Assembly (NCBI GenBank): GCA_030706145.1
Contig: JAUZPB010000010.1
Coordinates: 6,538-70,537, forward strand
DNA from: Bacteroidota bacterium
GTDB lineage: Bacteria; Bacteroidota; Ignavibacteria; Ignavibacteriales; SURF-24
Direction of reading: 5' to 3'
Length of the DNA: 64,000 nt
Shown: positions 9,792-20,543 of the stretch, piece by piece
Numbering within the stretch: the first letter of the stretch is position 1
Layout of the letters: each line of letters opens with the position of its first letter
The notes under the pieces: model-generated
The model's input: the letters and a program-made list of their open reading frames with translations, nothing else
Told to the model about the DNA's origin: nothing
The model's database searches: none
Translations under genes and position numbers: made by a program

Positions 9792-10546
9792 AACTGTTTA
9801 TTGCTACTTTATTAGTATTAGTTCATCTTTCTATTTTTTCCGATATAAGTTATGCACAGGTAAAGACGGTACCTTTTCCAAAGATAGGAATAGATGTTGG
9901 TTCGGCAAACAATCCGCAAGATGTTTCAACATCACTGCAGATACTTTTAATGTTAACCGTTCTTTCACTTGCACCGTCAATACTTATAATGACGACCTCA
10001 TATTTAAGGTTGATCATAGTATTTCATTTTTTAAAGACAGCTCTAGGAACAGCGCAGATGCCGCCAAGCCAAATGCTTGCAGGGCTAGCCCTGTTTATTA
10101 CTTTTTTTATTATGGCTCCTACATGGAGTAAGGTAAACACAGAGGCATTAAAGCCATATATGGATGGCAAGATGAGCATGGAAGCTGCCTATGATAAAGG
10201 GATTGAACCAATTCGTCAGTTCATGTTCAAAAATGTGCGCGATACTGATTTGGAATTGTTCATTAATTTATCGAACATGCAGCGCCCAAAGAATCGCCAG
10301 GAGCTGCCTACATATGTACTTGTTCCAGCCTTTGCAATTAGTGAACTAAGGGCAGGATTCATTATAGGTTTTTTTCTTTTCATTCCATTCCTTATGGTCG
10401 ATATGATCGTATCAAGTATACTTATGTCAATGGGTATGATGATGCTGCCACCTACGCTAATTTCCCTACCATTTAAGATACTTTTATTTGTTCTAGTTGA
10501 CGGATGGAATGTTATTATTGGATCATTAGTCAGGAGTTTTGGATAA
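9788..10546 (+). CDS. fliP: Flagellar export protein FliP
   Basis: LTVLSLAPS, MTTSYLR, PAFAISEL, MGMMMLPP, FVLVDGW. Confidence 0.97.
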   Translation: MKLFIATLLVLVHLSIFSDISYAQVKTVPFPKIGIDVGSANNPQDVSTSLQILLMLTVLSLAPSILIMTTSYLRLIIVFHFLKTALGTAQMPPSQMLAGLALFITFFIMAPTWSKVNTEALKPYMDGKMSMEAAYDKGIEPIRQFMFKNVRDTDLELFINLSNMQRPKNRQELPTYVLVPAFAISELRAGFIIGFFLFIPFLMVDMIVSSILMSMGMMMLPPTLISLPFKILLFVLVDGWNVIIGSLVRSFG

Positions 10547-10816
10547 ATGACAGAAGAATTAGTAGTAACAATACTTACTGAGGTTTTTTATACAACATTT
10601 TTAATCATTCTTCCAATACTGGGAGTATCCCTCATTGTTGGTATTTTTATCTCGATATTTCAGGCAGCTACCTCTATTCAGGAGATGACGCTGACATTTG
10701 TGCCGAAGATACTTATAACAGCAGTAACAATAATCCTGCTTTTGCCATGGATGATGGATAAAATGATAAGTCTGACTACAAGATTAATAAATATGTTCTC
10801 GACAGTAATAAGATGA
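10547..10816 (+). CDS. fliQ: Flagellar export protein FliQ
   Basis: ISIFQAATSIQEMTLTFVPK. Confidence 0.96.
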   Translation: MTEELVVTILTEVFYTTFLIILPILGVSLIVGIFISIFQAATSIQEMTLTFVPKILITAVTIILLLPWMMDKMISLTTRLINMFSTVIR

Positions 10817-11592
10817 CAGATATTCTTGTAACAGATTTTGTAATAACTCTGCTTATCTTCTTAAGAATATTCGCAGTATTTCTTGCAGCTCCCATATTAG
10901 GACATAGAGCATTTCCAGTAGTTGGTAAAGTATTTCTTTCTGCTGTGCTGGCCTATATTACATTTCTTACAATAATAAAGGCAAAGCATTTGCAGGTTGA
11001 TACCGATTTTTTTTCAATAGCATTATATGGTTTTAAGGAAATACTAACTGGACTAATAATCGGATACGTTCTGAATTTTGTTTTCTATGGGATTAACTTT
11101 GCCGGTACCTTAATAGGTGTAGATATCGGTTTATCAATGTCTACAGTATTAAATCCAATGCTTGAGACAGAGAGTAACACGATAGGCGAACTGATCAACA
11201 TTTTAGCTATACTTTTGTTCTTTTTGATAAATGGCCATCATTATCTAATAAGGGCTATGGTAAGTTCATTTAAGGTAATACCTATAGGCAAATATACAAT
11301 AACGCAATCAGCATTTGATCTGATGATAAGATATTCTGCCATGGTATTCATAATTGCAATAAAGATAGCTGCACCTATAATGGTATCTTATTTTCTAGTT
11401 AACCTTGGAGAAGGAATAATCTCAAGAGCAATACCACAGATGCAGGTTTTCTTTGTTACTCAACCATTAAAGATAGGAATGGGATTTTTACTACTGATTT
11501 TTTCGCTTCCCATATATGTATACTTTATAAAGAATCTGTTGATGAATTTCGAAAATAGCCTTTTTGATCTTATAAAGGCAATGGGTACATAG
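10813..11592 (+). CDS. fliR: Flagellar export protein FliR
   Basis: Multi-TM; KEILTG, NGHHYLI, RAIPQMQVFFV. Confidence 0.95.
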   Translation: MTDILVTDFVITLLIFLRIFAVFLAAPILGHRAFPVVGKVFLSAVLAYITFLTIIKAKHLQVDTDFFSIALYGFKEILTGLIIGYVLNFVFYGINFAGTLIGVDIGLSMSTVLNPMLETESNTIGELINILAILLFFLINGHHYLIRAMVSSFKVIPIGKYTITQSAFDLMIRYSAMVFIIAIKIAAPIMVSYFLVNLGEGIISRAIPQMQVFFVTQPLKIGMGFLLLIFSLPIYVYFIKNLLMNFENSLFDLIKAMGT

Positions 11593-11608
11593 AAGAGATT
11601 AAAGATAT

Positions 11609-12694
11609 ATGGCTGAAGTAGACGGACAGGAAAAAACCGAGCAAGCGAGTGGTAAAAAGCTCAGTGACAGCAGAGACAAAGGGCAAGTTGCAAAGAGTAC
11701 TGAGATAAACTCATTTGCAGTTTTTACTACTGGTTTGCTTCTAGTGTTTATGACACAAAAATATATAGGCAGCAGCATTGGGAATCTTTCGCTAAGTATT
11801 TTCCATGACGCAGGCAAGATGCAGCTTAATAAAGACCTTGTAGTTGATTATGCTATTAAGGGCATTGGTTTTTTCTTTAGTGTCTTAGCACCATTTTTGG
11901 TTGGTTTAGTCATTATTTCGATTGTAGCCAGTTATGGACAAATCGGTTTTAAGTTCAGTCCTCAAGCTCTGGCTCCGAAGTTCAACAAGCTTAATCCCCT
12001 TTCAAATATTAAAGGGATGTTCTTTTCCACAAGGTCCTTTATTGAGATTGCAAAGTCACTATTCAAACTAACAGTAATTAGTTTGTTTACTTACTGGGTT
12101 CTGAAAGATTTTGTTCTGACTGCGATTGGCCTTGTTGATTATCAGGTTGATGAGATCCTGAAGTTTATGCTGGAAGCTTCATATTCACTTATAATGAAGA
12201 TTGGTCTAGTATATGCTGCAATGGCAATTGTAGACTTCGCCTATCAGAAGTTTAGGTTTGGACGAGAAATGATGATGACCAAACAAGAGGTAAAGGAGGA
12301 AAACAGGCAGTCTGAAGGTGATCCACAGATCAAAGGTAAGATCAAGTCAATGCAGATGAAAGCTGCAAGAGCACGTATGATGAAAGATATACCGAAGGCC
12401 GACGTAGTAATCACGAACCCTACTCACTTTGCCGTTGCTCTGAAATATGATATGGGACAAGATAGTGCACCAAAAGTAATTGCAAAAGGTATGGATGAGC
12501 TTGCACAAAGGATAAAGAAAGTTGCAACTGAAAACGGTGTTCCACTTCATGAAGATGTAGCACTTGCAAGAGCACTATACAAGGTTTGTGATGTTGGAGA
12601 TCAGATACCTGCAAATCTATTTAAGACGGTGGCACAGATCTTAGCATATATTTACAAGATAAAGAACGAAAAGAAAAAGCGTTCAATAGTATAG
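11609..12694 (+). CDS. flhB: Flagellar export protein FlhB
   Basis: EKTE, KGQVAKS, MTKQEVKEE, EGDP and the NPTH autocleavage motif. Confidence 0.97.
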   Translation: MAEVDGQEKTEQASGKKLSDSRDKGQVAKSTEINSFAVFTTGLLLVFMTQKYIGSSIGNLSLSIFHDAGKMQLNKDLVVDYAIKGIGFFFSVLAPFLVGLVIISIVASYGQIGFKFSPQALAPKFNKLNPLSNIKGMFFSTRSFIEIAKSLFKLTVISLFTYWVLKDFVLTAIGLVDYQVDEILKFMLEASYSLIMKIGLVYAAMAIVDFAYQKFRFGREMMMTKQEVKEENRQSEGDPQIKGKIKSMQMKAARARMMKDIPKADVVITNPTHFAVALKYDMGQDSAPKVIAKGMDELAQRIKKVATENGVPLHEDVALARALYKVCDVGDQIPANLFKTVAQILAYIYKIKNEKKKRSIV

Positions 12695-12713
12695 AAATTA
12701 AAACTAGTAAAAC

Positions 12714-14762
12714 ATGAAAGGCATAGGAAAAAATACAGATATACTTCTTGCATTAGGATTATTTCTAATAATCGGCCTAATGCTTATACCACTTCCTGCT
12801 TTCCTGATTGACTTTCTTCTGGCAGTAAACATAACCTTTTCTGTTTTGATATTAATTGTCTCATTATACATTCAGTCACCAATTGATATATCGGTTTTTC
12901 CAGGGCTCTTGCTGGTATTGACATTATTCAGACTTTCTCTTAACATCAGTTCAACCAGGCTTGTACTATTAGATGGTTATGCAGGAAAAGTAATAGAGGC
13001 ATTTGGAACCTTTGTTGTAGGTGGGAATTACGTCGTTGGTTTTATAATATTTATAATTCTTGTTATTATTCAGTTTGTTGTAATCGTTAAAGGTTCAGGA
13101 AGAATTTCCGAAGTAGCTGCAAGATTTACACTTGATGCTATGCCAGGAAAGCAAATGGCAATTGATGCTGATCTTAACACAGGACTAATAACAGAGGCAG
13201 AGGCAAGGTCGAGGCGTGAAGGTATAGCGCGTGAGGCAGAATTCTATGGAGCCATGGATGGTGCCAGTAAATTTGTAAAAGGAGATGCTGTTGCCGGACT
13301 TGTAATAAACGGAATCAATATTATTGGTGGGTTTATTATTGGTATGGCGCAAAGGGGGTTATCATTTTCAGATGCACTAAAGACATATACAATCCTGACA
13401 ATTGGTGACGGACTTGTCTCACAGATCCCTGCCCTTTTAATATCTACGGCATCAGGTTTAGTTGTAACGAAAAGTGCTGCGGGAGTATCGTTAGATATTC
13501 AGATTAAAACTCAGCTATTTTCAAATCCAAGAGTACTTGCGACTGTTTCTGGTGCAGTCTTCATGTTTGCACTTGTGCCAGGGATGCCCTTTATACCATT
13601 TACAATAATATCTATTACACTTGGTGCGTCTTCCTATATTTTAAGGAAGCAGAAGAATGCACCTCAGCCAATTGAGACACCTGAGGAAATAATATCTGAA
13701 CCAACAGAAGAAAAAGTTGAGCAATATCTGCAGGTTGATCCTATAGAAGTTGAGATAGGCTATGGGTTAATCTCATTAGTTGATGAAAATCAGGGTGGAA
13801 ATCTTTTCCAGAAGATATCCTCAACAAGAAAATATATAGCTCTAGAATTTGGTGTATTAATACCACCTGTTAGAGTGAGAGACAATCTGCAGCTGAATCC
13901 AAATGAATACATTATTAAGATCAAAGGGAACGTTGTTTCTGCCTATGAAATATATACAGACCGTTTTCTTGCCATGAATCCTGGTAATGTAAATGAGCAG
14001 CTAAATGGAATTCCAACAGTTGATCCGGCATTTGGCCTAGATGGTTTCTGGATCCCCAAACAAGAAAAGGACCGCGCCGAAATTGTTGGTTACACTGTAG
14101 TAGACAGTATATCAGTCTTGTCTACGCATCTACAGGAGACATTAAAGAAACATTTTGACAAGATACTGACACGCCAGGCAGCAAAGCAACTACTGGAAAA
14201 CTTAAAGAAAGATTATCCTGCAGTAATAGAGGATATTAATCCAGATGTACTTCCTCTTGGTACAATACAGAAAGTATTGCAAAGTCTACTTAAGGAGCTT
14301 ATACCAATCAAAGATCTTGTCCAGATACTCGAATCATTGATTGATTATTCGAAAGTAACAAAGAACATAGATGTTCTCACAGAATATGTAAGACATTCAC
14401 TTGGGGATACGATTGCATACTTATTCAAAGACCCAAATGGCATAATTCATGCTTTAGCTTTAGGAGCACAGGTTGAGAACTTTATTACGAAAGCCCTGCA
14501 GAACCAAAAAGAAGCCGTTCAGACGCTGGGATTATCGCCAAAGATGCTTAACGATTTGAATATTTCGATAAAAAATCAGTTGCAGAATTTTAGAATGCTT
14601 GGCTATCCGCCCGTAATTATTACTTCGGCAACAATAAGACCTTATTTTTACAGGTTAATAAATTCAAGTTTCCCTGAAATTGCAGTTCTCTCCTACACTG
14701 AACTTCCTTCGGATGTAGAGATAGAATTCATTGGAAAATTAGAGGTTGACAATGCAAATTAA
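12714..14762 (+). CDS. flhA: Flagellar export protein FlhA
   Basis: RISEVAARFTLDAMPGKQMAIDADL, FYGAMDGASKFVKGDA (FHIPEP signature). Confidence 0.98.
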   Translation: MKGIGKNTDILLALGLFLIIGLMLIPLPAFLIDFLLAVNITFSVLILIVSLYIQSPIDISVFPGLLLVLTLFRLSLNISSTRLVLLDGYAGKVIEAFGTFVVGGNYVVGFIIFIILVIIQFVVIVKGSGRISEVAARFTLDAMPGKQMAIDADLNTGLITEAEARSRREGIAREAEFYGAMDGASKFVKGDAVAGLVINGINIIGGFIIGMAQRGLSFSDALKTYTILTIGDGLVSQIPALLISTASGLVVTKSAAGVSLDIQIKTQLFSNPRVLATVSGAVFMFALVPGMPFIPFTIISITLGASSYILRKQKNAPQPIETPEEIISEPTEEKVEQYLQVDPIEVEIGYGLISLVDENQGGNLFQKISSTRKYIALEFGVLIPPVRVRDNLQLNPNEYIIKIKGNVVSAYEIYTDRFLAMNPGNVNEQLNGIPTVDPAFGLDGFWIPKQEKDRAEIVGYTVVDSISVLSTHLQETLKKHFDKILTRQAAKQLLENLKKDYPAVIEDINPDVLPLGTIQKVLQSLLKELIPIKDLVQILESLIDYSKVTKNIDVLTEYVRHSLGDTIAYLFKDPNGIIHALALGAQVENFITKALQNQKEAVQTLGLSPKMLNDLNISIKNQLQNFRMLGYPPVIITSATIRPYFYRLINSSFPEIAVLSYTELPSDVEIEFIGKLEVDNAN

Positions 14763-15951
14763 AAAATATATTGCGCTTACCCTAAAAGAAGCAGCATCTC
14801 AGATGAAAAAGGAACTTGGCGATGAAGCTATTGTTCTTAGCACCCGAATTATTGATGATGATCCACGTTATGGAGATAAGCGTGTATTTGAACTTACAGC
14901 TGGCATTGAGGATGATTATGATAGAACTGCAATAGAGAGTAAACCCAAAAGCAAAGCTTCATCTTTAGATAGAGCTCAGGATAAAAGATATGCAAATGAG
15001 CTAAAAGATCTCTCAGAGAAAATCTTTACTCCTCAGAAGGAAACTAAAACAAGGCAGCATAATACAGCTGCTGCTGCAACTCCAAAGCCAATACCACAGA
15101 AGCAGCCAGCTGCTACTGCGACACAAAGGCCATCATCTAAGCCAAAGCAATCATTAGATGCACTTGAAAGAGAGTTAAAGGAAGTATCCGATACACTGAT
15201 CCAAAGAGAAGTTCACAGAAGAATAACTGAAGCAATAATAAACCAGTTAAGAAAATACTCGGATTTTCTGCAGCCTTCAAACATTGACAATTATGTTATA
15301 TCAACTATAAGCTCTATGATCCCTGTCTCTTCTTTTGAAGTCCAGAAGAAACAGAAGACAAAAGTCATTGCACTTGTAGGTCCTACTGGAGTCGGCAAGA
15401 CCACATGCATTGCAAAACTGGCTGTTATATCAAAGATACTGCATAATCTGAACATCGGACTAGTATCACTTGATACATTCAGACTTGGAGCCATTGATCA
15501 GTTAAAAATATTCTCAGAAATAAGTAATATCGAATTACGCGTTGCATATGAGCCGCAGGAAATTCCAAATCTTCTGGCTGGATTTAAGAAAAAGGACATT
15601 GTATTTGTAGATACAGCTGGGCGCAGCCAAAATAATGCTGAATTGCTCAAAGATACGAAGAAGTTTTTGTCATACCTAAAGGCAGATGACATTTATCTTG
15701 TACTAAGTGCAACTTCAACAACAAAGCATGCGCTTGATGTAGCAGAAAAATTTAAGGTATTAAATTATAATGGAATAGTATTTACAAAACTGGATGAAGC
15801 TGTTTCTTTCGGAAATATCTTAAATCTTGCAGTAAACTACAATATACCTGTTACCTATCTTACAAATGGGCAGGTAATTCCAGACGACATAATTGCTGCT
15901 GATTCCGAGTTTATTGCTAATATGATTTATACAGGGAAAATCAGTAAATGA
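14752..15951 (+). CDS. flhF: Flagellar SRP-family GTPase FlhF
   Basis: GPTGVGKTT, DTFR, DTAGRS, TKLDE, GQVIPDD; ATG at 14752 (MQIKKY). Confidence 0.96.
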   Translation: MQIKKYIALTLKEAASQMKKELGDEAIVLSTRIIDDDPRYGDKRVFELTAGIEDDYDRTAIESKPKSKASSLDRAQDKRYANELKDLSEKIFTPQKETKTRQHNTAAAATPKPIPQKQPAATATQRPSSKPKQSLDALERELKEVSDTLIQREVHRRITEAIINQLRKYSDFLQPSNIDNYVISTISSMIPVSSFEVQKKQKTKVIALVGPTGVGKTTCIAKLAVISKILHNLNIGLVSLDTFRLGAIDQLKIFSEISNIELRVAYEPQEIPNLLAGFKKKDIVFVDTAGRSQNNAELLKDTKKFLSYLKADDIYLVLSATSTTKHALDVAEKFKVLNYNGIVFTKLDEAVSFGNILNLAVNYNIPVTYLTNGQVIPDDIIAADSEFIANMIYTGKISK

Positions 15952-16781
15952 TCGGACAAGCTGAAAGGTTAATAGAGTTAAACAAGTTAAAAGGCTTACA
16001 GGGAAAGGTACCTGGAAAGGGTGAGATAATCGCATTCAGTTCAGGCAAAGGTGGAACCGGAAAGACCTTTATTTCGCTAAATGTAGCCTATGCCCTTTCA
16101 AAATTAAATAAGAAAGTACTCGTTATAGATCTTGATGCAAATCTCTCAAATATAAACATAATGCTCAATATTAAACCTGAGAAAACAATTATCAAGTTCT
16201 ATCAGAATAAGAACTCACTTAGTGAGTTAATTACAATATACGAAAGAAATCTTCACTTTATATTTGGAGATTCGGGCAAGATTGACTATCCACATACAAA
16301 TCAAACAGATACAGATTACTTTTTAAGTTCAGTTAGAGATCTGTGCAATGATTATGATTATATTCTTCTGGACATTGGTGCCGGTGCAGGTGATGATATA
16401 ATTTACCTTCTGCAGAACATACATACCAATATTCTAACCATAAATCCTGAGCCCACAGCTATAATGGATGCTTATGTAATTATTAAGCTGCTGCATAATG
16501 CCGGATCAGCGACAAATAATCTTATAATAGTAAACCGCTGCTTTTCAGAAGATGAAGCAAAGACAGCATTCAATAATCTAAGCATGGCGGCAAGCCATTT
16601 TCTTAAAGAGACAGTAACATTACTTGGTTATGTAGAACATGATCCTAATGTAAACAAATCGATCATGTCTCAGGAGGTATATCTGAAGAAAATTCCGAGG
16701 TCAAAAATCTCGATGCAGCTAATAAAGCTTGCTCAGACAATTGTACAAAGGACAAGAATGAGTCAGACAAAGATAAGGTAA
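15948..16781 (+). CDS. flhG: MinD-like flagellar number regulator FlhG/FleN
   Basis: N-terminal QAERL activator helix, SGKGGTGKT, PEPTAIMDAY; overlaps flhF stop. Confidence 0.92.
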   Translation: MIGQAERLIELNKLKGLQGKVPGKGEIIAFSSGKGGTGKTFISLNVAYALSKLNKKVLVIDLDANLSNINIMLNIKPEKTIIKFYQNKNSLSELITIYERNLHFIFGDSGKIDYPHTNQTDTDYFLSSVRDLCNDYDYILLDIGAGAGDDIIYLLQNIHTNILTINPEPTAIMDAYVIIKLLHNAGSATNNLIIVNRCFSEDEAKTAFNNLSMAASHFLKETVTLLGYVEHDPNVNKSIMSQEVYLKKIPRSKISMQLIKLAQTIVQRTRMSQTKIR

Positions 16782-16815
16782 AGGCAGCTATTATTGTTTA
16801 TGAAGTAATATAAAT

Positions 16816-18219
16816 TTACTTGCCCAGATTCTTACCTTTTACTATCTGCCATATAGTTAGTAGGATAATTTGCAGATCAAGAATGATTGACCAGTTCTCT
16901 ATATACCAAAGGTCATATTCAAATCTTTTTATAATTCTTAATTTATTTTCCTCTTCATCCGGACAATCACCTCGCAGTCCATGTATCTGTGCCCATCCTG
17001 TGATTCCAGGTTTTACGAGATGTCTGAGTTTTAATTCTTCAATATATTCATTATAAAGCTCATTATAGGAAATGGCAGCCGGACGAGGGCCAACAATAGA
17101 CATATCGCCAATAAAGACATTCAAAAATTGTGGAAACTCATCAATATTTGTCTTTCTTAAGAATCTACCGAACTTAGTTACGCGAGGATCGTCATCAGTA
17201 GTAGCTTTAATTTCATTTGTTCTACTGCTAGCTTCAACTGACATAGTTCTAAATTTCAGGCATCTGAAGGTTTTATTCCTCTGCCCTACTCTATTCTGAA
17301 TAAAAAAGACAGGTCCCGGAGAAGTAAGCTTTTGGATTAAGGCTATTAAAGGAATAACCCAGGAAAGTATCAGAACTGTAAAGCAGAAAGAAACAATAAT
17401 GTCAAAAACCCTTTTAGCTAATCTCCAATGAAATTCAGACAGGGGTTCATTTCTTACTGTAATGATAGGGAGGTTATCTATCATCGATATACGAAATTTC
17501 CTCGAAACAAACTGAAAATAATCAGGAATTATGTGTGTTCTTAAGGCATTCCTGTTACATATTTTAATAAGTCTTTCAATCCTTCCTATCTGGCTGTAAG
17601 GCAAAGCTATTACAACATCATCAATTTTATTAGAAGAAACAACTTCATTAAACTGGTCAATTGTACCTAAGAGTGGCAGCAGGGTATCTGATTTTTTATC
17701 ATCAAGGAAACCAAGGACTTTATAATCGGAACTCGTGTGATTATTTAGTGAATTGTAAAAGTTCTGTCCAATTTCCCCTGCTCCTATAATTAGTATATTT
17801 CGCGTATTGAACTCTTTTTTTTGCATGTATTTTAATACATAAAGGAAAAGCAACTTTTTAATAGAGATCAAGACAACAAGAAGCACAAAATAATAGAGAA
17901 TAAAATTACGAGTAAAGAGGTTTTCTTTAATAACGAAAAGAAAGAAGACAGCAATAAAGACCTGTATTATGGAATTCTTAAAAATATTTATAACATCGTT
18001 TGCGAAATTGCCAGAAGAGACATCCTCATAAAAGCCAATAATATTAGCGCTAAAGAACCATGAAATGTTAAGAAAAAATTCCAATACAAATAAAAGGTTA
18101 TTCTTATAAAAAAGAGTAAATGACTGTGCAAAGGTAGCTGCAAGAGCAAATGAAACATTCAGGATTAAAAAATCAAAGAATATTCTTAAAAAATATGCTA
18201 AATTTTTGCTTGCTATCAT
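16816..18219 (-). CDS. Undecaprenyl-phosphate glucose phosphotransferase (WcaJ-like priming transferase)
   Basis: 4 TM helices, IIGAGE domain, KRVFD, KFRTM, DDPRVT, DEFPQ, MSIVGPRP, KPGITGWAQ. Confidence 0.93.
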   Translation of the reverse strand: MIASKNLAYFLRIFFDFLILNVSFALAATFAQSFTLFYKNNLLFVLEFFLNISWFFSANIIGFYEDVSSGNFANDVINIFKNSIIQVFIAVFFLFVIKENLFTRNFILYYFVLLVVLISIKKLLFLYVLKYMQKKEFNTRNILIIGAGEIGQNFYNSLNNHTSSDYKVLGFLDDKKSDTLLPLLGTIDQFNEVVSSNKIDDVVIALPYSQIGRIERLIKICNRNALRTHIIPDYFQFVSRKFRISMIDNLPIITVRNEPLSEFHWRLAKRVFDIIVSFCFTVLILSWVIPLIALIQKLTSPGPVFFIQNRVGQRNKTFRCLKFRTMSVEASSRTNEIKATTDDDPRVTKFGRFLRKTNIDEFPQFLNVFIGDMSIVGPRPAAISYNELYNEYIEELKLRHLVKPGITGWAQIHGLRGDCPDEEENKLRIIKRFEYDLWYIENWSIILDLQIILLTIWQIVKGKNLGK

Positions 18220-18272
18220 TTCCTATTTTCTAGATCCTCTTCTTGCAGTATATTTATTATAACCTAATTAAA

Positions 18273-19394
18273 CTATTTATTAGAGATATGCTCTGAATAT
18301 TTCTGGTCAATAAAACGGCAGATCTTTTCCTCGAATACAGTCCGTGAGTATTCACTTGCGATTTTACTTATTAGGTTTAGATCAAAGTTATCTTGTGAAA
18401 TTTCAAATTTCTTTACAGCTGAAATAATTTCATCGACAGATTGGGAATTAAAGTGCAGTCCATTTTTGCCATCAATAACTGTCTCTGCCGTGCCCCCCTT
18501 GTTCAGAGCAATTACTGGAGTCCCACAGGCTTGTGCTTCCACGACAATAATCCCGAAATCCTCTTCTGCAGCAAAAACAAATGCTTTGGCTTTTTGCATA
18601 TATTTTTTCAGGTCATCAAAAGGTACATAGCCAAGAATTTCAATATTTTTCCCGGCCTTCGATTTTATTTTATTCATTTCGGGGCCGCTTCCAACGACAA
18701 TAAGTTTTTTGTCTGGCATAGCAGAAAAAGCCTCAACAATCAGGTCTATTCTCTTATAAGGTACTAGCCTTGAGGCAGTAAGATAATATTCATCTTTATT
18801 TGTTTCTACTCCAAACTTATCAACATCTACCGGAGGATAAATAACAGTAGAATCCCTGCGATAAATCTTTTTTATTCTTTTTGCAATATACTTTGAATTT
18901 GCAATAAAATAGTCTACACGATTAGAAGTCGTAAAATCCCACATTCTGATATAGTGAAGGATTGATTTTGCCAGGAAGCCGCTAAAGCCCTTCTGAAGTT
19001 TTGCTTCTTGAAGATACTGATGATAAAGATCCCAGGCATATCTTATTGGAGTATGGCAGTAGCAGACATGCAGCTGATTAGAGTTTGTCATTACCCCTTT
19101 TGCCACAGCATGAGAGCTTGAGAGAATAATATCATAATCAGATAAGTCAAACTGTTCAATTGCAAATGGAAAAAGAGGGAGATACTTTCTGTGTCCCTTC
19201 TTTGCCAATGGAAGTTTCTGAATAAATGATGTTTTAGCCCTCTTACCCTTTAGGATTATTTGTCTTTCTTCGTCCTGAAGAAAATCGACGAGGCTGAAAA
19301 CATCGGCATCCTTCCAAATATTGGTAAAGGATTCAACGCATCTTTCTGAACCCGCATAATTGACAAACCATTCGTGAATGATAGCTCTTTTCAA
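18273..19394 (-). CDS. GT4 glycosyltransferase (WbaZ-like)
   Basis: YCHTPIRYAWD, SRLVPYKR, EDFGIIVVEAQACGTPVI. Confidence 0.92.
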   Translation of the reverse strand: MKRAIIHEWFVNYAGSERCVESFTNIWKDADVFSLVDFLQDEERQIILKGKRAKTSFIQKLPLAKKGHRKYLPLFPFAIEQFDLSDYDIILSSSHAVAKGVMTNSNQLHVCYCHTPIRYAWDLYHQYLQEAKLQKGFSGFLAKSILHYIRMWDFTTSNRVDYFIANSKYIAKRIKKIYRRDSTVIYPPVDVDKFGVETNKDEYYLTASRLVPYKRIDLIVEAFSAMPDKKLIVVGSGPEMNKIKSKAGKNIEILGYVPFDDLKKYMQKAKAFVFAAEEDFGIIVVEAQACGTPVIALNKGGTAETVIDGKNGLHFNSQSVDEIISAVKKFEISQDNFDLNLISKIASEYSRTVFEEKICRFIDQKYSEHISNK

Positions 19395-19427
19395 AATTCT
19401 CCGGAAGATGATATTTTAAGATCTTGT

Positions 19428-20456
19428 TTATTTGAAAATTTTACTCAAGACAGCTTCTGTAACTGTCTTTACAGAAATATTTTTCATACATATATTATTA
19501 TCGCATTTTGCGAAATTTTTTCCATCATAACAAGGTGAACAAGGAAGGTTTTTACCTCCCCAAATTGCTTCAACATTATCCAATTCACCTATTCTTTCTC
19601 TAGGATTAACTGGTCCAAAGAGAGCAATGGAAGTTATCTCGGTCAATTTGGCAATCTGCAAAGAACCAGTATCATGCGTTACAAGCAGCTTTGACCTTGA
19701 GAATAAATAAATCAAATCTATTAGGGAAGTCTTCCCGATCAGATTTAATACATTAAGTTCCTTGAACTCTTCTTCTACCCATCTGTCAGTTTCAGCGCCT
19801 ATTAAAATAACATTTATTCCCTTTTCGATCAAACAGCTGCACAATTGCCTATAGTATTCTACAGGCCAGCGTCTTAATATATCATCTGCCAAAAGGTTTT
19901 TTGACCCTCCAGGAGCAAGAACTACTCTTGGTAAATTTGAAGCGGCTAAGAATTCATCGATCCTTTCATTTTTCGGAAGTTCGATCTTTGGAGTAGAGGG
20001 GTCTTTCATTTTCCAGTCATCTGTATGGGTAATAAGTTTTCTATACTCTGAAGCATGATATCTTCCTGGAATAATAGTGTTTTGCCTGCCTAAGCCCATA
20101 AAATCGCGTTGTTTTTTTCCCCTTATAGTAAGAGTAAGAAGCTTATAGCGTTTGTCCCTATAAGGAATAACAACCAGGTCAAACTCTTTTAGGAAAAATT
20201 TTATCCAGACACTTAATAGCACTTTTAGCCGGGCAAAAATTGAACCTTTTAGCAAAGCAGCATCATCTATAAGGCAAAGCTCTTTTATCTGTTCAAAATT
20301 CTGAAGGATTGGATAAGCAGCCCGTCCGATAATCCAGGTAAGTTCCGCATCTTTATAATTTTCTTTAATAGCTTCAAGCATAGAAAGGGACATTACAACG
20401 TCACCAATTGCTCCAAGCTTTACAATAAGGATACTTTTTACTTCATTTTTTTTCAT
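19428..20456 (-). CDS. GT9 heptosyltransferase-family protein
   Basis: KLGAIGDVV, RRWP, HDTG, LFGP, PCSPC. Confidence 0.9.
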   Translation of the reverse strand: MKKNEVKSILIVKLGAIGDVVMSLSMLEAIKENYKDAELTWIIGRAAYPILQNFEQIKELCLIDDAALLKGSIFARLKVLLSVWIKFFLKEFDLVVIPYRDKRYKLLTLTIRGKKQRDFMGLGRQNTIIPGRYHASEYRKLITHTDDWKMKDPSTPKIELPKNERIDEFLAASNLPRVVLAPGGSKNLLADDILRRWPVEYYRQLCSCLIEKGINVILIGAETDRWVEEEFKELNVLNLIGKTSLIDLIYLFSRSKLLVTHDTGSLQIAKLTEITSIALFGPVNPRERIGELDNVEAIWGGKNLPCSPCYDGKNFAKCDNNICMKNISVKTVTEAVLSKIFK

Positions 20457-20543
20457 ATACTTTTAGATGCTGGAGATAAATGTTATGAAATTTCGGCAAA
20501 AAACATTACTTTATAAATCCAAATTTCATTAGCCTTAAATATA

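Noticed and set aside
9788-14762. Export genes as a virulence type III secretion system
   Set aside because: Flanked by flagellum-specific fliL, fliM, fliO, flhF and flhG
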